From NCBI GenBank assembly GCA_043228905.1, contig JBHGNT010001374.1, forward strand, positions 1 to 9,297: a stretch of DNA of 9,297 nt. The letters run 5' to 3'. The translations under genes and the position numbers were made by a program. Below, piece by piece: positions 1 to 8,030 of the stretch. The notes under the pieces are model-generated. The model was not told where the DNA came from. It did not search any database and worked only from the letters and a program-made list of their open reading frames with translations. Each line of letters starts with the position of its first letter. The first letter of the stretch is position 1. This stretch comes from Azolla caroliniana. Taxonomy: Eukaryota; Plantae; Polypodiophyta.

Positions 1-157
1 AAAAGGAAGCAAGAAACAAGACGTAAGGGAAGAATTCTGCTGCTGAGGAGGAATTTGACAAGGACGAAGTAAAGGAGGTCGAGAAGACGAAGAGAAAAAG
101 GAAATAAAGGAGGAAGACGAAGAAAATAAGGAGAAGAAGAGAAGGACAAATCTTGCT
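1..157 (+). other. Purine (GA)-rich 5' leader/UTR of the MFP gene
   Basis: Strong A/G skew, repeated taaaggagg...gaagacgaaga unit, no ATG before 158; the transcription start cannot be placed. Confidence 0.6.
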
Positions 158-251
158 ATGGAGAAAGAAGCTGTTCGTCTTGAGGTCTTTCCTGATGGCG
201 TGGCCGTTATTACTATCGATAACCCCCCTGTGAACTCCCTTTCTATTCCAG
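158..251 (+). CDS. MFP exon 1 (MEKEAVRLEVFPDGVAVITIDNPPVNSLSIP)
   Basis: ATG at 158; donor CAG|GTTGGC at 252; phase 1. Confidence 0.93.
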
Positions 252-3200
252 GTTGGCTGCACGATCTCCAGCCTTTGATATATTTTTTCATTTCGTCTTT
301 TCTATCTTGGATCTTTGATACAATTGATCATTTGAAGGATCTCGATCTTCATATCCTTTGATATTTTTTTGCAACTTTTGGTCTTTGATCGATTAATACA
401 TGTCTTGTAATAGGGACAGAACGGTCGTGTTCATTTTTTTGTTCAGATCACTGTCCAAAACTTAGCAGTTAGTCACTGATTGATAGATATGGGTACATTA
501 GTAATACTTGAGCATAGAAATATTGATATAGATAAGAATCAGGAGTTTAGTTGAGAATAGATTAGCCTATATACATAAACGAGAAGGTAAAACCAGGAAG
601 GTTTTAAGTGCAACGTATAATGAAGCATAGTTAGTTTGAAAAAGATTGATCTTGACATTAATAATGATAAATATGATTGTAGTGATTAAGCTTTGCTAGG
701 CATAGGAAGTTTGAGAATAACAAATATGGAAGCTTCTGAACATGTGATATATATGCAAGTTATAAGGAAAATTTGGTATTTTAGATAATTGCTATCAGAA
801 TCAGTGCTCAGAATGTCACATCACTGAAGCCCGTAAAGGATTATATTGCCAAGTGGACCTAGAGAACATGAAAATGAACTTTATGACAATGACTTTTATA
901 ACATATGCAAACAATTTGTAAGTAAAGAAAATGGTATTATGGAAAGATCCGACATTGAAAATTTCCTTTCTATTGTAAGATTAGAGAAGAGCACATTACA
1001 TAGGCCCGAGGCTAGCAAAAGTCAGTAATTTGGTACTTTATGCATACATGGAAATTAATCACGTTGCCAATTTAGAGCATTTTTCTGGCATAAAATTTAA
1101 AATTTAAGTATACAGTGAATATTATAGAAAATTGGGAGTGACTCAGTGCAGTAAACAGTTTCTGTGAAGTATTTTCTCTGAAGAATCGAGGGTATGTGAA
1201 GCATGCATTGTTTCTGATAAATATTTTTTTGTTAATATATTGGGTTCTTCTTTCATATACTGGCTTTTTTAAAGTAATGTATGCTTTGTTTGGGATTCTT
1301 TCATGTAAATATGTAATTATGACATATATTGTGCTTAATTCTCAAATTACTTTTTGCCAGTATTCTTGAGTTTGAAACAGAAATATGACGAGGCAATGGG
1401 AAGGGATGATGTGAAAGCTATTGTGCTTACAGGTGCAATGATTTGCTAATGTTAACATTCACATACATACAATGGAGGATGTGCCCCCACAATGTGTGGT
1501 TCCTTAAGCTGCATAATATATATGCATATGCCTATGCTACATTAGTGAATTGCGACTTTAATGCAGGTGCTAAAGGTGTTTTCTCTGGTGGGTTTGACAT
1601 TATGACTATGCAAGCAATACAAGCTACTGGTTTGTTCTTATTTGCTAGCTCATCAAGTTGACACTACAAAGTTGTCCAGTGAGAATGAGAGTATTGATCT
1701 ATGATATTTATTTTTGTTTCAGGTGATTTTTTAAATGTTTCATCTGCATCCCCCAACCTCCAAACAAATCTGATGGAAGGTAGAAGAATATATTTGATTT
1801 CACGAATCCATTTATTTACTGTTTATGCATAGTTCTATATTTATCAGGGTGATTTTTTTGTCGCTTCAATACTTTTTAAGATTCAAGGTACAGCTTCTTG
1901 CTTTCTTCTCTGCAGCAATGCAAATCTATACTCACATGAGCACATGAAGAAAATGAGCAAACATTGTTTATCACTAAGGAAGAGACGTGTCAGTTTCATG
2001 TAATTAAGTGCATGCATGTACATATAATAAATGTGCAGGTAAGATTCTCTCATATTGAGGCATTTCTTCTTGTGTTTTCAGGGGGTAAAAAACCTTCTGT
2101 TGCTGCTATCCAAGGGCTTGCGCTTGGTGGGGGCTTGGAACTGACGATGGTATGTTGAGATAGGATTAAAGAGTGTTGTCAGATTCTTGCATAGAACCAG
2201 TGGCTGATGTGGGACTTTTTGTAAATATTACTGAAAGAGATACATACATAATTAAAGCTTGCTTTTATCATAGGATTATATTGAAGTCACCTTGTTTTAT
2301 TCTAGTGTTGCCATGCTAGGATTGCATCACCAAAGAGTCAACTTGGTCTACCTGAACTTCAATTAGGTGTTATTCCAGGAGGGGGAGGTAAAGTTTATTA
2401 TGTTTAAGTCGTTGAGACCATCACAAGAGAATTGTAATGGGTCTCAATTTGTTTATCTTGTTATTAGGCACTCAACGCCTGCCCCGACTAGTGGGTTTAT
2501 CCAAAGCTATAGAGATGATGCTGGTAATTGCGATGGAACTTCATGCTACTACAATTTCTTTGAAGTTTTTCTTGGTGCCAAACTAATTACTTTCTGTACA
2601 CTTCTAGACTTCAAAACCTATCAGTACTGCAGAAGCTGTGGAGTTGGGACTTGTAGATGCTGTTGCACCACCTAAAGAGCTTCTTTCTGTAGCTAGACAG
2701 TGGGCTTTGGACATTGCTAATTTTCGCAAACCTTGGACAGTTTCACTCTACAGAACAGATAGACTTGAGCCCCTTGCAGAGGCACGTGAAATCTTGAAGT
2801 TTGCCAGAGAGCAAACCAAGAAAAGAGCTCCAAATCTACATCATCCATTGGTATGCCTGGATGTAGTAGAGGAGGGAATTGTGTCAGGAGGGTTTGCCGG
2901 TCTCGAAAAGGTGTGTTATCTGTTATTTAAAATAAATAGTTGGCAAGTTATGATGCTTTAATATAACCTTTACCTGCCATTGTAAATAATGAATGGTTAG
3001 CTATGATAGGGATTCTTAACATGTATATTTCTCACATGGGACTTCAGCAATTGGATACTAATTGCATATAAGCTTTGTTGACAGGAAGGAAAGGCGTTCG
3101 TGGAATGTGTTGCTTCAGACACAGCAAAATCTTTGACCCATGTGTTTCTTGCTCAAAGAGCAACTGCAAAAGTAAGAGAGAATCCTCTAGGTCATGCATC

Positions 3201-5323
3201 ACCTATGATGGTAAGCTTTTATGGCTGAGATATTGAACTGGTTGATGGCGCAACGTAGGTTCCCGGCATCACAGATTTAGGATTGCGTCCAAGTCCTCCT
3301 AAGAAAGTAGGAGTTATAGGTGGTGGTCTCATGGGATCGGGAATAGCCACTGCTTGCATATTGAGTGGTATTGAAGTGGTATTAAAGGAGATCAATGCAG
3401 ATTTCTTGCAGTCTGGACTTGACAGAGTCAAAGGTATGAATGACCTCATTATATTGAGCTGAAAACTTTTGACTTGAGATAAAAAACCATGCCAAAAGAA
3501 ATAATGTATAAATCCATGTGCAGACAACCTTCAGAGCAGGGTGAAAAAGGGAAAAATGACAAAAGAAAAGTTTGAACAGACTTTTGGTCTGATTAAAGGT
3601 GCACTGACCTATGATGACTTTAGAAATGTGGACATTGTCATTGAGGTAAGTCTGAACATTATAGAGTATATGAGAACTAACCATCAATAAACATTTCACG
3701 GAGAGGCTATATGAGCCCTTGATTCTATATACAGGCTGTAATAGAGAAGTTAGCGTTGAAGCAACAAATCCTTGCTGACCTAGAGAAGGCATGTCCATCA
3801 ACTTGTGTCCTAGCCTCCAATACCTCAACCATCGATCTCAACTTGATTGCTCAGAATCTGAAAGCCAAGGATCGAGTGGCAGGTGCACACTTCTTCAGGT
3901 AATTGTATTGTTTGCTTGAATTGAATCTAGTGCAATTTACCTAAAGGGAGACTTGATGTTTCCATGGATGTTGATGTCATTACTTTGCTTAGTTTGTTAT
4001 GAACCTAAATTCGTTCTCTTTTATTCTCCTACAGCCCTGCGCATATTATGCCACTGTTTGAGATTATTAGGACAAACAGTACTTCACCGCAAGTGCTAGT
4101 TGATCTCTTGGAATTTGGAAAAAGGATTAGAAAAGTTCCTGTTGTAGTAGGCAATTGTCCTGGCTTTGCTGTCAACCGAACTTTCTTCCCGTACACACAA
4201 GCGTCACTGCTGTTAGTAGACCTTGGTGTGGATGTTTATCGCATAGATCGTATTATTACTGCATTTGGCATGCCAATGGGCCCTTTCAGGTGAGTTTTAG
4301 ATTGAGTTGCTCTCAAGTTAAATTCTTTATATGATGATACTTTTCTGTAAATTATTTGCCAATTGTAATGTTATTCTCTGCTTTTCCCCATGGTTGCTAC
4401 AGGCTGGCAGATCTTGTGGGATTCGAAGTTGGTGTGGCATCTGGCATGACATTCATAGAAGCTTTTCCTGAACGTGTGTACAAGTCGATGCTTTTCCCCT
4501 TTCTTATGGAGGACAAGCGTCTTGGTTAGTATCGGCTGTAAATATTAAAGTGCTCAATAGAAATATATTCCATTATCTGAGATTATATGTACCTCAGGTG
4601 AGAAGACGAAAAAGGGGTTTTATGTGTATGATGACAAACGTAAAGCCAAACCAGACCCAGATGTACAGAAATATCTTCAAAAGTCCAGGGCGCTATCTGA
4701 TATTATGCCAAACAAGAAGGTAGTGACAATATTCTCTTGTAGGAATATCATGTTACTAAGCTAAGTAGCCTAAATGTAGTGCTGACTTTGTATTCATTTC
4801 TTATCGCAGCCAGTTGTTCTTTCTGATGAAGAGATCGTCGAGATGATATTCTTTCCTGTTGTCAACGAGGCATGCCGTGTCCTCGAGGAAGGAGTAGTAT
4901 CCAAGGCATCTGACTTGGATATCGCCTCTGTTATGGGAATGGGATTCCCACCATACAGGTAATACTTTCAAATGTATTTTTACTTGGATCTTTGGCTTGG
5001 ACATGATTCTATTTGGCTGGATATTATGCCTACTTGTCAATAGAGATGCTATATATGGTCGTTGGATCTTCTGAATATGATTATATATGACTGGATATTT
5101 TGAGCATGGTTATACATATCGCTGACAAATGTCTTCTCTTTACAGGGGTGGTATTGTATTTTGGGGAGATTTGGTGGGTGCGAAACATGTTGCTTCCAGA
5201 TTGAATAGTTTATCACAATCTTATGGCAATTTCTTTAAGCCATGTGCATGGTTACAGCATTGTGCTGCAAGAGGCTTGAAGCTGTCATCTCCTGTTCAGA
5301 ATGGAGCCAAGGCTAGGTTATGA
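158..5323 (+). CDS. MFP2/AIM1: Peroxisomal fatty acid beta-oxidation multifunctional protein (MFP2/AIM1 family; enoyl-CoA hydratase + 3-hydroxyacyl-CoA dehydrogenase), 17 exons, 722 aa
   Basis: Manual join(158..251,1361..1432,1567..1629,1723..1779,2082..2149,2306..2387,2468..2523,2608..2910,3085..3171,3259..3433,3524..3645,3735..3898,4035..4289,4403..4524,4598..4719,4810..4958,5146..5323) = 2169 nt with no internal stop; all 16 introns are GT-AG with consistent phases. Motifs: NPPVNSL, FSGGFDI, GGGLE (Glu115), GLPE (Glu135), GGTQRLPRL, Rossmann GGGLMG, SNTS, GAHFFSP, GFAVNR, GMPMGPF, terminal ARL. An in-frame TGA at 56-58 with no intervening ATG supports the start at 158. Confidence 0.97.
1361..1432 (+). 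CDS. MFP exon 2 (VFLSLKQKYDEAMGRDDVKAIVLT)
   Basis: Acceptor tttttgccag; donor CAG|GTGCAA; DVKAIVLTG crotonase motif; not in the ORF track. Confidence 0.93.
1567..1629 (+). CDS. MFP exon 3 (GAKGVFSGGFDIMTMQAIQAT)
   Basis: Acceptor aatgcag; donor CTG|GTTTGT; FSGGFDI oxyanion-hole motif. Confidence 0.92.
1723..1779 (+). CDS. MFP exon 4 (GDFLNVSSASPNLQTNLME)
   Basis: Acceptor tttttgtttcag; donor AAG|GTAGAA; 57 nt keeps frame and matches the GD...NLME segment I recall from AIM1. Confidence 0.88.
2082..2149 (+). CDS. MFP exon 5 (GGKKPSVAAIQGLALGGGLELTM)
   Basis: Acceptor gttttcag; donor ATG|GTATGT; catalytic Glu in GGGLE. Confidence 0.94.
2306..2387 (+). CDS. MFP exon 6 (CCHARIASPKSQLGLPELQLGVIPGGG)
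   Basis: Acceptor ttattctag; donor GAG|GTAAAG; second catalytic Glu in GLPE. Confidence 0.94.
2468..2523 (+). CDS. MFP exon 7 (GTQRLPRLVGLSKAIEMML)
   Basis: Acceptor gttattag; donor CTG|GTAATT. Confidence 0.94.
2608..2910 (+). CDS. MFP exon 8 (TSKPISTAEAVELGLVD...GGFAGLEK)
   Basis: Acceptor cttctag; donor AAG|GTGTGT; 303 nt, phase 0 at both ends. Confidence 0.95.
3085..3171 (+). CDS. MFP exon 9 (EGKAFVECVASDTAKSLTHVFLAQRATAK)
   Basis: Acceptor ttgacag; donor AAA|GTAAGA. Confidence 0.93.
3259..3433 (+). CDS. MFP exon 10 (VPGITDLGL...VIGGGLMGSGIATA...DRVK), NAD-binding fold
   Basis: Acceptor acgtag; donor AAG|GTATGA; GxGxxG motif. Confidence 0.94.
3524..3645 (+). CDS. MFP exon 11 (DNLQSRVKKGKM...VDIVIE)
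   Basis: Acceptor gtgcag; donor GAG|GTAAGT. Confidence 0.94.
3735..3898 (+). CDS. MFP exon 12 (AVIEKLALKQQI...ASNTSTID...GAHFF)
   Basis: Acceptor atacag; donor CAG|GTAATT; SNTS motif and catalytic His. Confidence 0.95.
4035..4289 (+). CDS. MFP exon 13 (SPAHIMPLFEII...GFAVNRTFFPY...GMPMGPF)
   Basis: Acceptor ctcctacag; donor CAG|GTGAGT. Confidence 0.95.
4403..4524 (+). CDS. MFP exon 14 (RLADLVGFEVG...MEDKRL)
   Basis: Acceptor gctacag; donor TTG|GTTAGT. Confidence 0.94.
4598..4719 (+). CDS. MFP exon 15 (GEKTKKGFYVYDDKRKAKPDP...IMPNKK)
   Basis: Acceptor acctcag; donor AAG|GTAGTG; GxKxxKGFY motif. Confidence 0.94.
4810..4958 (+). CDS. MFP exon 16 (PVVLSDEEIVEMIFFPVVNEACRVLEEG...GMGFPPY)
   Basis: Acceptor ttatcgcag; donor CAG|GTAATA. 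Confidence 0.94.
5146..5323 (+). CDS. MFP exon 17 (RGGIVFWGD...GAKARL*), ending in a PTS1
   Basis: Acceptor ctctttacag; stop TGA at 5321-5323. Confidence 0.94.
5312..5320 (+). other. Peroxisomal targeting signal type 1 (C-terminal ARL)
   Basis: GCT AGG TTA directly before TGA; fits the [SA][RK][LM] plant PTS1 consensus. Confidence 0.92.
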
Positions 5324-5441
5324 GGTCTCTAGATATGCAGTCTGCAATAATATTAGGAATGCCTTAAAAAGGATCTTTGATCATATCAGGCTGTTATTGG
5401 CTATAATATATCATAAATACCATTAAATGATAGGGTGGAAC

Positions 5442-5447
5442 AATAAA
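5442..5447 (+). terminator. Candidate polyadenylation near-upstream element AATAAA
   Basis: AATAAA about 120 nt after the MFP stop with T-rich tracts downstream; plant signals are degenerate, so this is tentative. Confidence 0.4.
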
Positions 5448-7781
5448 CAATATGTCTGGACTCCAAATATAATGAAATGGTTCTTTTTTCGCCAAAAGGG
5501 CAAAAGATGGAAATATAAGACCTGAGGTTCTCAAAGTTTTTCTTTACACAGTTGCGAATGAATCCAATCTATCGTTACAGATGAATTCAATTTCAGTTTT
5601 CTATGATGCTATCCCCAACTATTTTCCAAGTTTTCTAGTATTAGTATTGACAAGTTGATTTTCCTTTAGCTTTTGTTTCCGAGTCCCACCATATTACAAG
5701 GCAATGATATACTGTTTATGCACTTTATAGATTTAGATGAAAGTATTTCTGTATTTGTTTTGAATTTTTATTGTTTAACTCTATGCGAAGTTTTGTTAAG
5801 TTCTCAAAGATAGTTATAGTTATTTGGTACTTGGTGTGGTATGAATTTTATCTGTGCACACACTGTATCTAATCGCTGTGCCAAATTTTAGTTGTCCTTG
5901 ATTGGCTGATTTCAATGCAACAGATATTGGTATTTGTGAAAATTTTGGGATAGTGAATTTCCAGTTTCCAGTTTCTAATTTGTGTATGTAAATTGGTTGA
6001 CTTGAATGTAATTTTCTCAGGTTTTGAAATGAAAGTACATGTCTAATTTTCTCGAAAGATACGTATGCATGCAAAGTAGTATTTCTGTGGGAAGAGTGTG
6101 GATGTAAACAGAATTTTCTAGGCTTCGCTAGGGATCACTCAAAATTTTCAATAGTCATTATGTGATTCATGGTTTTAATATTGACATTTGTCAACTACTT
6201 TGACACTGGAACTATTTGTGCAAGTAGTTTGCATGTTTTAATTCTTAAATGAGAGTTGGAGTTAACAAGGAAAATGTGCTTCTCTTCTAAGCAATGCCGT
6301 TTGGTAAGTCTTGTGATAAAGCACATTTGTTGGTGGAAGATTTGTGACAGATGGGTGGTTGGCTCCCATTATTTTACTCATTAAAAAATGGTTGATGAAC
6401 TTGTATATGTTGATGTCTTGCCTTTTAAAGCTTGGAGTATAAAGTTGATTTCATTAAAATAGATCCACAAGGACCATTGTCTCCTACTTGATGTTCGCAC
6501 CTTTTACCGTTGCATTTATATATGCTGTAAAGGTAAGAACATTTGAAATAATCATTGCGCAGCACGTAGACAACACAAAACTTGATCAAAATAATGTTGT
6601 GAAGGAGGGGAAGGCTACTCATGATTGATAGTAGTTTCATTTAGCTCAATGATATGCCCTAAAGGACCTTCCAAAGAAATGTATGATCTAATAGATGGAT
6701 GTCTTAATAATGAAACTCATGATTCATTTCATTTACTAGTCTTTGGTAGAGAATGATAATACGTCATGGTCATGATCATCTCTCTCCTTTCATTGATTTG
6801 TATATGATGAAAGGATATGCTTCTCCTTTTACCTACAATCCATTATTCATTGCAATGAAAACCATGTTGTGTAAGTTTTTACTTCATGCAAATCAATAGT
6901 TTTTTCTTCATGCATATTGAGAAGGTTCTTGAGTGTCCACACAGGCAACATTCATTATTGTTGATCCTACCCCTTTGATAATCAAAGATTCCATATCAAC
7001 CAAGTGTTTGTTTGTGACCGCATTCTACAATAATAAAGAACACACTCCTCTTTTTCATGGCAATAATGAATAGAGTACTAGAGCATACTAGTGCTCATGA
7101 ATGTGCTTCCAATGTAAGACCATGGACCTTCCCAATATGTACATGTGTACGTATATATTTGTCAATATCCATGGTCAAATATGGACTAGTCCATATGCAT
7201 GTATTACGTGATTCGTCGACCATAAAATATCATGCCTTACATGTGCGATATTGTTGTATGTGTGGCGAGCAAGTATATTTGAGAAAAGATTGCTTGCATT
7301 TACTATCAACTTTATTGCTAATTGAGGAGTTCAAGACGGAGGCATAGAGCTAGAAATAGAGCCAAAGCCAAGTCCATGATGCTTGACACACGACATGCAA
7401 AACTAGCAAACAACGTGGACGATAGATATATGTATAAAGATGCGATAATTGTTGAGAGTCATGGGGATGGAGATTAGGGCTCAGAGCCGGGAGCGTAGAA
7501 CCACCAAACGCTAGAAGAGACGAGAAGCAATAGCCGAAGCGCGCGCATGGATGGAGCTCGAGTAAGGGCCGGATAACCTAGAGCAAGAGGCTCGAGGCTC
7601 GGAGTCTAGGTAGCGATAGAAAGATGAGGCGAAGAGGCCAAAGCCAGGTTCCGACACCGACACCACAAAATGAAGGATATATGTGGAAGCATGAACCAAC
7701 GAAGAGGCACAAGATGGGCGGGCGAAATTGCCGGGGTGTCCATCCGAGCTATGGGCAGGGTCCGAGACCCCCCCCCAACTT

Positions 7782-7805
7782 ACACACACACACACACACA
7801 CACAC
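7782..7805. repeat. (AC)12 microsatellite, preceded by a C9 run at 7768-7776
   Basis: Direct reading of the sequence. Confidence 0.95.
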
Positions 7806-7806
7806 T

Positions 7807-7814
7807 TATAAAAG
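7807..7814 (+). promoter_or_regulatory. Candidate TATA box (TATAAAAG) for the RING gene
   Basis: Matches TATAWAWR about 280 nt upstream of ATG 8085; motif match only. Confidence 0.35.
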
Positions 7815-7910
7815 TTATTTACTCAGAGAGAGTTTCTTTTCTCAAAAAGCAAAATTTATAAGGTAACGTATGAATGCATTCATCATCATCTTAAAATTTC
7901 ATCCCCACAT

Positions 7911-7946
7911 ATCTCCATCTCCATCTCCATCTCCATCTCCATCTCC
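7911..7946. repeat. (ATCTCC)6 hexanucleotide microsatellite
   Basis: Six perfect copies. Confidence 0.95.
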
Positions 7947-8030
7947 ATTTTTTTGCAGTGAAATAGCCCCCCCACCTATCCATCCGTAAACGATGAAACG
8001 AAGACGACCCATTTCCCCTTCTGCCCCGCA

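Noticed and set aside
70-112. TAAAGGAGG twice, resembling Shine-Dalgarno sites
   Set aside because: This is a eukaryotic intron-containing gene, no start codon sits at the right spacing, and the words are part of a GA-rich tract
846-1028. 60-aa ORF in intron 1
   Set aside because: TTG start, no recognisable domain, lies inside an intron
2367-2675. 102-aa + strand ORF
   Set aside because: Off-frame read across exons 6-8 and their introns; no motif
3219-3828. Antisense ORFs of 102 and 148 aa
   Set aside because: Shadows of MFP exons 10-12 with no independent coding signal
3524-4719. Exons 11, 14 and 15 are each 122 nt
   Set aside because: No sequence similarity among them and the phases differ; coincidence
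4801-5040. 79-aa antisense ORF
   Set aside because: Shadow of exon 16
5820-6640. Intergenic minus-strand ORFs (84 and 71 aa)
   Set aside because: AT-rich random-like composition with no recognisable family or transposon motifs
7057-7866. Four overlapping ORFs (96, 96, 80 and 63 aa)
   Set aside because: They arise from higher GC and the AC repeat (HTHT/CVCV); no domain recognised
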